Assembly (NCBI GenBank): GCA_000002445.1
Contig: CP000071.1
Span: forward strand, 736,001-800,000
Length of the DNA: 64,000 nucleotides
Direction of reading: 5' to 3'
DNA from: Trypanosoma brucei
Taxonomy: Eukaryota
Shown here one piece after another: positions 46,386-57,685 of the stretch; position 1 is the first letter of the stretch; each line of letters begins with the position of its first letter. The translations under genes and the position numbers were made by a program. The notes under the pieces were generated by a model that was given only the letters and a program-made list of their open reading frames with translations, did not search any database and had not been told where the DNA came from.

Positions 46386-47571
46386 ACAATTTCTGCCGTG
46401 TCTTCACCTCAAAGCACGAAAACTTCTAACGCGCCAATCCTTCGATCTACTCGCTTCTGCTGAGCCTTTTAGCCAGTGAGGTCTTTTCCCTCTGTACGGA
46501 AGGGAGAAAAGTAGAAGTGGTATCCTTTCTTTCTGTTTTGGGGAACCATGGGGCCGCCTAGCGATAAATGTAGGGGGGGGATGGTGAGCAAGGAGAAAGC
46601 AAACAACAGAAAAAAATACGCAAGAGAAAAAAAAAGATGAAAAGGGAAGAGAAGATAAGGTAAGATAAGAGGGACAAACGGGACAGCAACAGAAGCAAAA
46701 AAAAGAAAAAAAATCTGGCTATCTGCGGACACGATAATGGGAGAAAAGGAAAGTATATATGTACCCAATTATATACGTTCTTTAACGGGGGCGAGTGTGG
46801 AGCCACTGGATGTTTGTGATCGCATTTTGTTTTTTTTCCCTTTTGTGTGTGGGCATTTTGTTTTTTGCCTGGGAAGAGGATATGAGCAGATAAGACATGT
46901 GAAAGGTCGGTCGCAACGTGAGAGTCACTACACCGGATGGAAATTACCATAGGGGCAAAAAAATAAATAAAAATGGAGAAAAGTTGTGGAAAGTGCATGA
47001 ATGGCAATATCTGGTTTCCAGGGAGCATGTTGATTCAGTTGAAAAAAAAAAATGAATACACTTATGATGGTTTAATAAAGCGATCGGCTCTCAATTTCAC
47101 AGAAGATAACACGTTTATTATCATTATTGTTGTTATTATTCTCCCATCCCCCCCCCCGCGATGCAAAAGCCACACAGCACCACAGCAGCTGACGGGAAGG
47201 GTCTTTCCCTCCCATTTTCACTTTTCTTGTTTCTTTCCGGGGGGTTCATACGCTTCCTCTTTGCAACACCATTCTGTCAAACTCTTAAGGGCACGTCCCC
47301 CTGTTTTGGTTTCCCACCTCTCTTCCACCATCATTGTCCTATTTGTTATTATTATTACTATTGCTGTTGTTGTTTTTTGACCTCCGGCACTGACACACGT
47401 GCATATGCACGTATATGTGTGCTCTGGCATGCGCTTATGTAGAGTGCAGGAAAGACCTATAAACAGGTGTTTTTCGATGACAGTGAGGAAGGCGGAGAAC
47501 ACAGCAGAATATAGGAAAGGCAAAAGCACAAAAGTAGGTACAGCCGGAACCACTCTCGTACCGCGACGGTG

Positions 47572-48633
47572 ATGCGCCACTTCAGATTAAACCGTTGCTC
47601 TTACACGCCGAACCTAACCTCGCTAACTAATCAGGTGAACCGTAGTGAACGATTGCGCAAGTGGGGCAGTGTTGGTGTCCCACCCGGTTTTCCCCGCATC
47701 CCTCGACTCGAAGCAAAGGGCATTGCCATATTACATGAATCTCCCAAAGTGATACTTGCCGGTCGCAGCCGATGCAACAACTTTGACAGCAATCAGTACA
47801 TGTTAATTAACAAGGCGACCAAACGTTGTTTGTTGGTTGATGCATCCGACGACTGGCCAGACGACTGGGCCGCATTTATTGGAGCTTCTGACTTGACCTT
47901 AACACATGTGTTCCTCACGCATTGCCACATCGACAATATTATTAACCTGAATGCTTTTCTCACTATATGCGGCAGCCGGCAGAAGCAACGAGTTCAAGTC
48001 GACAGCCAGGATAATGATAACCGCGAGGACGATAATGGGAGTGATGAAATCGGTGTTATGTGGTGTCCAGCAGAGGAATGTTGGGTGCAAAACTTTAAGC
48101 GGTCCTGCGAAAGGTACGGAAGGTTCGAGGAGATGCACCAGGTGCTTCCCATGATGTGCCGTAGCCTTTACACGCCCCAGCACTTAGTGGACCCGGTAAT
48201 AGCTGGTTTCTCTCGTCGCAATGCCCGGCACCTTCGGCGGAACGATGTGCTGCTGTCAGCGGCCACGAATCGGGCAACGTCGTTTATTGACTTTGGTAAC
48301 GGCGTACTCCTTTATTACATATTTTCCCCAGGCCACTCCCCTGGCCACATGATGCTTCACATACCAACGGAAAGAATCCTTTTCAGTGGTGACCTTCTCT
48401 TCTTCAACAAGGTGGGCCGAGTGGATTTGCCCTGGGCGACGGGCGTACGGCTCGCTGAGAGCCTGCGCCTGTTAGAAGCACTTCCAGACAATACCGTTGT
48501 GGTTCCGGGCCACGGCCGCATGACGACGCTGGGTCGTGAAAGGCGTGAGAATGAGGCGCTGCAACAGTGTTATCAACGACAGGAGATTGGGAAACAAGAG
48601 GTGTCAGTGGGTTTTAATGAAGGCTATCTTTAA
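47572..48633 (+). CDS. Metallo-beta-lactamase-fold hydrolase (glyoxalase-II-like) with a variant metal motif
   Basis: LTHCHIDNI has H-x-H-x-D-N in place of the canonical HxHxDH. SPGHSPGHMM and VVPGHG are also present. The track start at 47569 is a GTG; the ATG is at 47572. A basic N-terminal extension could be an organellar presequence. Confidence 0.6.
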   Translation: MRHFRLNRCSYTPNLTSLTNQVNRSERLRKWGSVGVPPGFPRIPRLEAKGIAILHESPKVILAGRSRCNNFDSNQYMLINKATKRCLLVDASDDWPDDWAAFIGASDLTLTHVFLTHCHIDNIINLNAFLTICGSRQKQRVQVDSQDNDNREDDNGSDEIGVMWCPAEECWVQNFKRSCERYGRFEEMHQVLPMMCRSLYTPQHLVDPVIAGFSRRNARHLRRNDVLLSAATNRATSFIDFGNGVLLYYIFSPGHSPGHMMLHIPTERILFSGDLLFFNKVGRVDLPWATGVRLAESLRLLEALPDNTVVVPGHGRMTTLGRERRENEALQQCYQRQEIGKQEVSVGFNEGYL

Positions 48634-49064
48634 TGTGGAAACTTGTGGGAAAAACTGGAAGGAGAGGAAGTCGGTGGCGTTTTGCTCCTTTCGGGGCCCG
48701 TAACGACCTCTTCACTATTCCCTTACCTTACTATTTATCGGGGGGTGGAGGTGCGCACACATATAAAGAGATGAAAGAAGATGCACCGACTGTAACATAA
48801 CATTGGCCCAAGTGCTCGATTTCTCACTCCACTCATTAATGCAGCCATACATATGCTTTTTTTCCCCCACTCTTTTCTTCTCACACCCCACCTGCCCCGA
48901 AATAGTCCCTGAGAGGGAGGTTTTATTTTTCTTTTTTTGTGGGTCTGCTTCGGCCGCATCAACAGCAGCCGACAACACCCAATCTGCGCAAGCAGGAAAA
49001 CGTAGGGAATATCGTGCCAAGTAGTCAGGTCAACGTGCCTCATTAACTCTCCCTTCAAGCAACG

Positions 49065-52000
49065 ATGTCGGTTACAGTGAACGCTGTTCGTGAGTCTGCA
49101 GAGGCTGTCAGCCTAACTATACTCTCATGTGAGCCCGCGCAGCAGAAAATAGCCGTCAGGTTCGGTGGCTCACATGGTGGTTGGCGTTGGATCGATGTTC
49201 CCACAAACACACCTGTTATATTAGAGCGCATGCGTCCGGAGGCAGGGGCAGAAAGCAGTGAGGGCCCTACCAGTAATGGTGCTGCAATGGAGGGGTGTGA
49301 GGAATATGAATTAGCCGTCACACCGTCTCCCCCTGTGGATGGGCGCGATGAGAGTGTTTGCTCGTTGGTCGGAGTCGATACCCGTCAAGTGGTTCAAAAG
49401 CCCGTTTTATTGAGTGGTGCAGATGAAGGAGGTCGTGTTTTTGAGCTTTTGTTGAAATGGACCCTGTTGGATGCAACTCCCACACCGCGGGAGTCAACAC
49501 CCGATAAAGCACCTGAAGATCACTCGGGCACGGAAACGGAAACACGGAATGAAGAGGAAGTAATTGTGGATACTGCGAATAAAGACGATGAGAAGGGTGA
49601 GGAAGCACCCCCGCCTCCTCCAATCGTTGCTCAACCCGACGAAAGTAAGGAGAAGGAAATATCCGAGAATCCCAGTGGTCACGATTCCCCCAAAGACAAA
49701 AGAGTTGAGCGACACGTTAACCCTGTGAAAGAATTGGAGGAGCCCAAACAGCAAGAGGCAGAGCGAGAGCCGCAACAAGAGCAAGCCCCACAACCTCGGT
49801 GCAACCAGAGTGAGTGGAAATGGAAAAGCAGCGTGATTCCAACACTCCCCGCGGATGTTTCGGCGGCACGCCACGTGCTCATTGCCACAATCGTATCAGT
49901 ACAGCAACCCGCAGTGTTACCGAATCGGCATGTAGTGGTAAAGCTAGGTATTGAGGCGCCCAATGAGCGCATGTCCCTTTTGCCGCTGTTGCGAACAAGG
50001 GCGGTTACACAGTATGATGCAGTAAAGGTTGCACAGATGGGGCCACCGGTGCTGTTTCCACTCTCAGAAAATGTTTCCGTTTATTGCGCCGTAGCGGATA
50101 AACGTGCAGATCATCCGAGTGATAGTGGTGGGATTGGGAGAAGGGTGTATCGCAGAGGCAGGCCCGCACCCACCAAATCACCCGGCAGATCGCTTGCAAG
50201 GATCCCAAAGGCCGAGTTGGATAAACACGCCGCGGAGAAGGCTTCCAAACCACACACGGCGACCTCGGGTGAATGTACTTTTTCCTTGCCCCAACGAATT
50301 GAGGGCACAGGCAACAGTGACAATGCCGGTGGTGGAAGGAATGGAGGTGCCAGTGTGTTTCATTGGGAGAAGCATTCCCACATGGAGCATGCGTACATTG
50401 CCCACGGTACAGTACAATGCGGAAACAACGAGGTAGAACTGGCCTTCCTCCGAATGACAGTCGGGGCGTACCGCGACGCGTGTCGAGGGCACGGTGCCGC
50501 CAGACGGAATGGATTTGGCACCGTCGAGGTTCGCGTGGAAGACATTGAATTAAACGAAACAACCGAAAAACAGCGGCCAGAGCATGATAACACCCTGGTG
50601 GAAGTTTGGCTGACACAACCGGAAGTGGATGCCGTTAGCGGTACCCATAGTGACAGGACCGGCGCAGCCGCTGCGGCATCCACTTCCACAAAAAACAGCT
50701 CGGGGTGCCGCCATCTGGTGCTCCTAAGTAGCAGTAATTGCATTCAGCCGCTGCATTTTCCTGTGAGCGAACCCTTCGCATATCTTTCTTGGGCAGTGGT
50801 ACCAGCACAACAGAAACAAGGTGTTCAGGAAAATGTACTTCATGGCGCTGCGCCCATATGTCTCGTGCGGCCGGGTGTTTGGACACCAATCACAATAAAA
50901 CTTAGAGACAGGAATAAATCCGCCTCCTTTATTAAACTTTGGTACTGCTTCACTAGCGACGGTCGCAGCGGGATGGACGACCCCAGTCGGCCATATCATC
51001 CAGCTTCAAAGAGCACTGATGATGGCAATTGTTATTCACTTCGAGTTTACTTAGACAGTTGCACCAACCTCTACCCCCTAGTGCAACTATACTCTCGTGA
51101 TGGTAATGCGAAGGCATTCCGCCTCTTGATCATGGACCCAGAGGACGAGGTAGCCGTATCCGCCTCTCGTCCTATGGACTTGAATGACATGCAGCTCTAC
51201 TGTAACTACAAAGGGGGAGAAGACAGGACACCCCCCGCCATTAAGCTTCTGTTTACGCGAGTATTCCCCTCGCATGCTCTGTACCGTTCCAGTGACTATA
51301 CAGTATCGAATACTGGCGAGCAAGCAGGCACTTGCAGCGTTACGTTTTTATGCCGATTGTTTGCATTTGCCTCAGTTGCCGAAGCTCACGCAATGAACAA
51401 CGCCCACTGCATAGGCGAGGGACGTGTAGTTGTCTTCCCTGGCAATGTGGTCAATGGCAAAGACGGAACAAACCTGGACATTGATGTGCACGTGGCCGTT
51501 GATGGCATGTTTACCCCGGGTCCCGTTGCCGTGAAACCGACCGCGGTTACGTCCCCGCCACCATGCACTGTGCTTAGAATGCGCGGAGAAGTGGAACGGG
51601 CACCTTGCGGGGAGGGAGATGCAGTGATATGCGTACGCTCCGTTCAGCTTTTCCATCGGCAGCAGCAACAAAAAAGACGCGGTCGAGTGGTGTGGACCGA
51701 TGGGGGTTTGTCTGCAGTGTACGCGTGCTTCTGGCTCTGCCGTGGACTAAGTGGTGGTGGCGTGAAGGAGTGGAAAGAAGCACTTAAGGGTTGTCAAGTG
51801 TTAACGCTCACACCTAAGCAACAGAGGCATCACCACCACCAGCAGCAGCAGGAGGTGTCGTTGCAGTGTAACGAATTCGTCCTTTCTACAGGTGGAGAGA
51901 AGCTTGTGTTGTGCGCTGTTTTCATTCCTAAAACGACGGAAACTGTTGACGACGAGGCCAAGGTGCGTAACACCGCCTCTAACTTGCTGAGGAAGCTGGT

Positions 52001-54824
52001 GCGCAAAGTGAACAAAAAGAAACAGGAAAGCGAGTCCGGTTTACGTCATGTGCAGGGAACCATGAGGGCCCTGAATTACTTAGAAGTTGACCTAACGCTG
52101 TCCGCAGCTGCACAAGGTGCCGTTGTGGGAACCGCGCATATCAACGACGAACTATTGCTACAACTAAAAGCGGCGTGGGTCAAAGTACCATCAGGTGTCG
52201 GCGCTGCAACTGTCCCCCGTGGGTCCGCAACCCAACCGGTAGATCAGCCTTCACCACATTTATGGGCGCTTCGCCTGACATTCCCCACGCAACCCGCCCG
52301 GTCCCATGTGAACGTACATGTCAAATCCTGGCCTGTTGCATATGACGACCTTTCACATGAGCAACAGCAAACATTCAATTCAAACCTGGTCAAGGCACAT
52401 AGAGGCGGTGGTGCCGCAACTAAAGTGGACTCGACCATGTCAAGTGCCTTTTATATTGTGCGCCCACTTCGTTTAGAGCCAGCAGAGGGGGAATGGACAT
52501 TGTTCATCTTCGGTGACGCCTGCACCACACGCACTCGATTAGCTGCCTCCGTAGGGGAAACGGTGCTAGAGCATGTTGTAGTAGACTATCTTCTCCCTCA
52601 GTCCTTGTCGCTTGCCAAAGGTGTTATCGTTGACTGTTTTCATGGCTCTCTCCATGCGGATGAGGCAGGTGAACTGAAACGAAGAGCTGAGGGTGAGCAA
52701 CGGTGGCGCCGAAAGTTGAGGGAGGACCCAAGCATACAACAGCCATGTCAACTATTTGTGCCCTTCACCTCACTAGCGATATCAGCTGACGGTAGTGACC
52801 CAGTCACCTTGCGTTATCACACGCTAACGCGCTGCACAGATGATGGAGCGTTGCTCATCGGTGCCGCCACGTCTAATGGGAAAGGCGCCATATTTCATTA
52901 TAATATCAACGAGAACACATGGTCTGTCCTCCCCATTCGTGCTCCCCAAGATGGCAAAGACAAAAAGCGCCGTGAGCAAGGCAAGAGGGACAACAACGGA
53001 GCTGAAGACGCAGATAATTCTCAGCAGGCTAGCCATTTTTCCACGCGATGCATTACAAGCCGTCATGGTCACACAACAGTTTGCTCTTCAACAGAAAAGT
53101 GTGCCTACGTCTATGGCGGGATCGGCATCGGTGGAACAGATCCAGAGGCAGCAACAGCAGCGGTGGCCGAAAGCAACAGAAGTGACAAGAGTGCTGCACT
53201 TAGCCCAAAACTAGGCTCCACCTCCAGCCCTAAGTGGCCTGTAGGGTTTATGCGTGATATCTGGTGCATTAACTATGCTGAAGGAACAGCAACTTGTCTG
53301 TGCAGTGGCGAGAACCAAACGGTGTCTGCTCCAATCTCTCGGTGGCGGCACGCAGCGGCATTTCACAACGACAGCGTAATCATCATTGGGGGTAGAACGG
53401 CTCCGGCTCTCCAACAAGAAGGTGCGAAGGAAACAAACGAAGAAAAGCTACTGACGGAGGAGGAAACCCAAAAGAAACAGGAAGACGGTCAAACCTTTTA
53501 TCAGTCTCACGGCGGTGAGGAGGAAGATTTATTGCTTCGTAGGGATGGCTTATGCAGCTGTTGCTCTCTCCTCGTATTTGACTTGAATCGTCGTGCGTGG
53601 GGCACACAAACAACTTCGGGCGCTACACCAGCACCAAGGTATGGTCACGCCAGCGCTGTGCTCGGCACCTGCGTGTATATCTTCGGCGGTATGACCCAAC
53701 GAAACCACCTTCTGGACGATTTGCACGAGCTCGATATTGCCACGAACACCTGGCGCCGTGTGGAATACAACGGTGCTGTTGCACCACCACCTTCGCACCT
53801 CGCTGCCATGGAAGCCATAACGGTTTCTAATACACCGTGTTTGGTACTTACCGTGGGCGCCGCAGGCAATGGCGAAGAGCGTGAGGCTGGCGATGCTGCG
53901 GAGCGCGGTGTAGACGCACTGAGGTTGTACCTGTTCTCGCACGCGTCGCAGTTTTGGCGTAGGCTTCGCTTCAATTGCGCGCCGTTGCCTGCACCCGTGG
54001 GGGTTGCCATGTGTGATGCCACACCGGCTTCGATGCGACAACATGGCAGACGCCAGCAGCCGCTACGGCATCGCTCCCTTCCCCTGAATAAGGCAGTGTT
54101 GTTCAGAATGTTGGTTGTTGGAGGGATGAAAGCCGGCTCCCCGAACAAGGGCAGTGCGTACATTGCTGATTATGGGCTGGAACGCGAGAGCACCATTAGG
54201 CCCGTTGTGCCGACACTTCTTAATGTTGCGCGGGACGTGATTGCCGAGAGGCGCCAGGATGAACGAAGAGAACCCCCGCACTCTGCGGATCTCAGAAACA
54301 TAAATCTAGAACGATCACCAATAAGAAAGGGAATCGGCCAGCGTACAGCTTCATCGCTATGTACAACGCCGAGGGGGGCCCGCAGTGGCCGCAAACCCTA
54401 CAAAAGTGGTCCTCTGAAGATAGCTTACCGTTCCTCGTCGGCGGGACCACTCACGCAAGACCAACAGCGCGGTCTCATACACCGTTTGTACTACAACCAG
54501 TGCCACGCCCAAGAGGAGCGTAAAAAGGGAGAGTTGCAGGAACAACCGCGATCAGGAAAGATGCCCATCAGCGGACGAAAATATAATCCGCACCCGCCCA
54601 TGCAGCGGAAGGCTTGGGGGGCGCCGGCGGCTCCTCGCGCCGACTGCATGCGACCCCGCAAACCGGCAACAGCAGGGCCGTACCGCAACCATAGGCACCT
54701 TGACTCATCTGGCGATACGCAAATAAAACCCCAGAATGACAGCAGAGGAGAGGAATTAACTGCAACAGCGCCGCCGACGCCAGTTGTAGCAGCGGGGCGC
54801 CGGCTTAGCGATCCAGAAAACTAA
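49065..54824 (+). CDS. Very large kelch-repeat protein (1919 aa)
   Basis: Kelch and beta-propeller blades are marked by RWRHAAAFHNDSVIIIGGR, RYGHASAVLGTCVYIFGG and ATNTWRRV. The N-terminal half is acidic and low-complexity. An HHHHQQQQ tract is present. Confidence 0.6.
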   Translation: MSVTVNAVRESAEAVSLTILSCEPAQQKIAVRFGGSHGGWRWIDVPTNTPVILERMRPEAGAESSEGPTSNGAAMEGCEEYELAVTPSPPVDGRDESVCSLVGVDTRQVVQKPVLLSGADEGGRVFELLLKWTLLDATPTPRESTPDKAPEDHSGTETETRNEEEVIVDTANKDDEKGEEAPPPPPIVAQPDESKEKEISENPSGHDSPKDKRVERHVNPVKELEEPKQQEAEREPQQEQAPQPRCNQSEWKWKSSVIPTLPADVSAARHVLIATIVSVQQPAVLPNRHVVVKLGIEAPNERMSLLPLLRTRAVTQYDAVKVAQMGPPVLFPLSENVSVYCAVADKRADHPSDSGGIGRRVYRRGRPAPTKSPGRSLARIPKAELDKHAAEKASKPHTATSGECTFSLPQRIEGTGNSDNAGGGRNGGASVFHWEKHSHMEHAYIAHGTVQCGNNEVELAFLRMTVGAYRDACRGHGAARRNGFGTVEVRVEDIELNETTEKQRPEHDNTLVEVWLTQPEVDAVSGTHSDRTGAAAAASTSTKNSSGCRHLVLLSSSNCIQPLHFPVSEPFAYLSWAVVPAQQKQGVQENVLHGAAPICLVRPGVWTPITIKLRDRNKSASFIKLWYCFTSDGRSGMDDPSRPYHPASKSTDDGNCYSLRVYLDSCTNLYPLVQLYSRDGNAKAFRLLIMDPEDEVAVSASRPMDLNDMQLYCNYKGGEDRTPPAIKLLFTRVFPSHALYRSSDYTVSNTGEQAGTCSVTFLCRLFAFASVAEAHAMNNAHCIGEGRVVVFPGNVVNGKDGTNLDIDVHVAVDGMFTPGPVAVKPTAVTSPPPCTVLRMRGEVERAPCGEGDAVICVRSVQLFHRQQQQKRRGRVVWTDGGLSAVYACFWLCRGLSGGGVKEWKEALKGCQVLTLTPKQQRHHHHQQQQEVSLQCNEFVLSTGGEKLVLCAVFIPKTTETVDDEAKVRNTASNLLRKLVRKVNKKKQESESGLRHVQGTMRALNYLEVDLTLSAAAQGAVVGTAHINDELLLQLKAAWVKVPSGVGAATVPRGSATQPVDQPSPHLWALRLTFPTQPARSHVNVHVKSWPVAYDDLSHEQQQTFNSNLVKAHRGGGAATKVDSTMSSAFYIVRPLRLEPAEGEWTLFIFGDACTTRTRLAASVGETVLEHVVVDYLLPQSLSLAKGVIVDCFHGSLHADEAGELKRRAEGEQRWRRKLREDPSIQQPCQLFVPFTSLAISADGSDPVTLRYHTLTRCTDDGALLIGAATSNGKGAIFHYNINENTWSVLPIRAPQDGKDKKRREQGKRDNNGAEDADNSQQASHFSTRCITSRHGHTTVCSSTEKCAYVYGGIGIGGTDPEAATAAVAESNRSDKSAALSPKLGSTSSPKWPVGFMRDIWCINYAEGTATCLCSGENQTVSAPISRWRHAAAFHNDSVIIIGGRTAPALQQEGAKETNEEKLLTEEETQKKQEDGQTFYQSHGGEEEDLLLRRDGLCSCCSLLVFDLNRRAWGTQTTSGATPAPRYGHASAVLGTCVYIFGGMTQRNHLLDDLHELDIATNTWRRVEYNGAVAPPPSHLAAMEAITVSNTPCLVLTVGAAGNGEEREAGDAAERGVDALRLYLFSHASQFWRRLRFNCAPLPAPVGVAMCDATPASMRQHGRRQQPLRHRSLPLNKAVLFRMLVVGGMKAGSPNKGSAYIADYGLERESTIRPVVPTLLNVARDVIAERRQDERREPPHSADLRNINLERSPIRKGIGQRTASSLCTTPRGARSGRKPYKSGPLKIAYRSSSAGPLTQDQQRGLIHRLYYNQCHAQEERKKGELQEQPRSGKMPISGRKYNPHPPMQRKAWGAPAAPRADCMRPRKPATAGPYRNHRHLDSSGDTQIKPQNDSRGEELTATAPPTPVVAAGRRLSDPEN

Positions 54825-55766
54825 AGGGAGAAAAAAAAAACACAACATTGGGGAAGGAGGTGAACGTTGCAAAGGCTATACGATGCCATCACGTTCCGAA
54901 ACAAAAGGCCGAAGCAGTGCATGAAAAGAGAATAAAAAAAAAACGAAAACCGGCACCATCACCGGCGCACCCTCGGCTCGGCCTAGTAAGATAGAGCAAG
55001 AGGCGTGCAAGTGTTTTAAGAAAAAAAAGATCGGTGGCATAACTCCATTATCCCCTTTTAGGAAGCCCGCATCTGCAGGGCAACAGCGGACAGAACTGCT
55101 CATACGTAGTGTAGTGTATATGACAATCGCTTACATGAGACTGCACCGAACACACGAAGTAGACGTGTTAAACGGTGAAGGAGTTGTTGGGCAATTAGTG
55201 TAACTAACAAAACCAATAAAAGCGGTTGCTTGGGACGCCTATTCGATTCAATATGGTTTAACCAAGGGATGCGCTGTAGGGACCTGGGCACATTAAAACG
55301 TTACTTAGCCCGCGAGCATCACCTGGGTTTCGCAGCCGCATTAGTTTGCAGTAGGTGTATTTATATAAGTTATGAGGAGAGAGATTTTCAACCCATCACT
55401 AGATCTTGTTTTCACGCAATGCACTTAATGTGCCCTATAATATACTGTACGGATAGTTGATGAAATGGAAACTTGCGTCTCTTTAACGGGGTGCCGCTTC
55501 TTGCGCACTGCTAGTTATTCGGGAATAATGTACCTTTTATAAAACGCAAATGGCCTTTTTTGTTTTATTTTGTCTTGTTGTGCCCGTGTATTCCTTGCCT
55601 CTAAAGCGCCTCTACTTGACGCGGAATATGTGGCATAGAGCTGATTTTCGCTTCATCTCCGAAGCCACTCCTTCATTATGCACGAGTTGCTTAACCACAA
55701 CAGCTCGACCTGTTATTATTGCACCCTCGATGCTTTGTGTATTCTTTTTTTTTTTCTACTGCCGCC

Positions 55767-55788
55767 TGTGTGTGTGTGTGTGTGTGTG
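55767..55788. repeat. (TG)n microsatellite
   Basis: The run is tgtgtgtgtgtgtgtgtgtgtg. Confidence 0.85.
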
Positions 55789-57455
55789 CGTTTGCGCAGG
55801 TGCCCCTGCTGGAAACTGGTGCTTGTTTGTAACCGTGCTTTGCTTACACCTTCCCCTGATACAAAAGGAAGGAAGTTCGTTCTCCTCTTCAACCAACCGC
55901 TGTCACGTGCCAACCTTAATTTACACCCACCAACAAGCGGCCCTTTCATGTGGACTACGGCGGCTGCTTGGGCTCTGGCGGCAAATATGTAAGGGGCTAT
56001 GTGTTGTGAAGGGATTGAAGATACGAACCCAAGGAGGCTGCCAAAAAGCGGGGAAACGTTGGCAAAAAATAATATATATATACATATATAGCGGCATATG
56101 AGGCGGCACAAGCGTAGATACGGCGTCCGATTGATTTTGTTCATTTTGTGGCGAGCCCACTTGTACGCAGTTGGGTTACGTTTCTTTTTTTTTTTTTGGA
56201 ATGGAACACCGCAGAAATAGGAGAGACCTTGGGGACGCAAGTGGAGGATGTGTAGGATTAATGTCACGCCGTAACCACGACGTTCAAAGAAGGTATTGGA
56301 GGGAAAACCGCAAGCGTTACACGGTGATACAACCTCTGCTTTCCGATAGGAAAGGATCCCAACCATTGGACCTCAGAGGGGATGCATGACCAAAATTATT
56401 GTTAACCGAGCAATGCTTTGATGGGGATGATGAATTCTGTCGCTTCCCCTTCCTTATGCTTGCGTGTGTGAGTGGTGGAAAGGCTGCTTATCCATTGGGC
56501 CGCGCTCCCTCTACGCCTCCCATCCCAGAGACCGTAAGAAGGGATGTTGCTAGTTTTTTCTCATTTCCCACCGCCGACTCCACCGGAATGTGCTAGCCTA
56601 TACCCCCTCCTCAGCCCGTTTGGGGCGTCGCAACCGACCTCTCGACGCGTCGACGGCTGCCACCTCTACCTTAACTTGCCGTCGTTTTCTTAACGCAGTT
56701 GTGCTTTTCTGTCACGCTCGTCTTTCCCGGTGACAATACTTGTTTCCTTTCCCTGCTGGCTGTGTTGAAACGGATCCACCCAGCCCGTTGAGACCCCTCC
56801 CCCTTTGCTTGAATCCCCCCACCCCATGTGTGCCCGACATTTGAAGTGGTTTATAGCGCTCGGCTGATTCGCCATGCCCGGCCGGTAAATGGTGCCCACC
56901 CGTCGGTGTGTGAGAATGGTCGTTTTAGCCCTTACTCTGCAGTTAGCTCCCTTCCGTTGCCTCGCCTACCACAACCTTCACATGCAACGGATCCCTTTCA
57001 CTGTGCTAAAGCGCTGCGGCCTCCACAACCCATACCAGTCCGATGTGTCTTCGGGCGCCTGGTTACATCATCCCTGTTAGCGATCCCCATCCCTCACCCT
57101 CTTTCCTCAACACCCTGTTCGGACGCGCCGTCCACGGTCTCTCCAGTACGTCGGCACACTTCAACGAGTCGTGGAACCGTTTCTTTACCTCGGTTGCCTG
57201 AAGCTTCTCGAGTGGTTACTTTTATGTCTTCTTCAAGGAAAGTAGCGATATTCGGTTCAAAGTTGGAAACATTTCCCCTGTCCTGTAGCCGAAGGTGACG
57301 TCGCAACGCTGTCCAGTGGTGTCCGACATCCAATTGCTGGCTGCTGTTACGATTTGGCCTTTCGTGATCCACTCAGCAGGTAATCTCCGGCTGTGAACCC
57401 GCCCCGCAGCGGCTTAACCGTGAACTTGTACGTCAAAAGCAACGGTCGCTGCGTG

Positions 57456-57528
57456 TCCTCCCTGGCGCAGTCGGCAGCGCGTTAGGCTGTTAACCTACAG
57501 GTCGTTGGTTCGAATCCAACGGGAGGAG
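57456..57528 (+). tRNA. tRNA-Asn (anticodon GTT)
   Basis: A manual cloverleaf fits. The acceptor stem is TCCTCCC/GGGAGGA. The D-arm is GCGC-AGTCGGCA-GCGC. The anticodon loop is CTGTTAA (GTT). The T-arm is GTTGG-TTCGAAT-CCAAC, and the discriminator is G. A T7 run follows. One U-C mismatch closes the anticodon stem. Confidence 0.8.
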
Positions 57529-57536
57529 CTTTTTTT
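57529..57536 (+). terminator. Pol III terminator T-run after tRNA-Asn
   Basis: The run cttttttt lies immediately 3' of the tRNA. Confidence 0.6.
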
Positions 57537-57607
57537 CCATAGCGAGTGACGCTGTCTGTTCGAAATTGAAATTGAGTAAAGTCCGATATGATTGAGTGTG
57601 TTGGGGG

Positions 57608-57612
57608 AAAAA
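57608..57612 (-). terminator. Pol III terminator (T5 on the minus strand) after tRNA-Trp
   Basis: An A5 run on the plus strand lies immediately 3' of the minus-strand tRNA. Confidence 0.55.
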
Positions 57613-57613
57613 G

Positions 57614-57685
57614 TGAGGACTGCAGGGATTGAACCTGCGACCCCTGGATTTGGAATCCAATGCTCTACCACTGAGCTAAGCCCCC
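57614..57685 (-). tRNA. tRNA-Trp (anticodon CCA)
   Basis: The reverse complement folds as GGGGGCT-TA-GCTC-AGTGGTA-GAGC-A-TTGGA-TTCCAAA-TCCAG-GGGTC-GCAGG-TTCAATC-CCTGC-AGTCCTC-A. The A box and B box are canonical. The acceptor stem has two G-U pairs. Confidence 0.8.

Noticed and set aside
606-47571. ORF-track 'M' starts at 606, 1557, 3748, 7356, 19560, 20385, 22370, 31654 and 47569.
   Set aside because: The underlying codons are TTG or GTG. The CDS starts were moved to the first in-frame ATG.
55450-55540. A C-box-like TGATGA at 55457, considered as a C/D snoRNA candidate.
   Set aside because: No D box (CTGA) and no terminal stem lie 60-100 nt downstream.
55550-56366. ORFs 55550..56101 (+) and 55716..56366 (-).
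   Set aside because: They span (TG)n and T-rich low-complexity DNA and look like spacer artefacts. No motifs were found.
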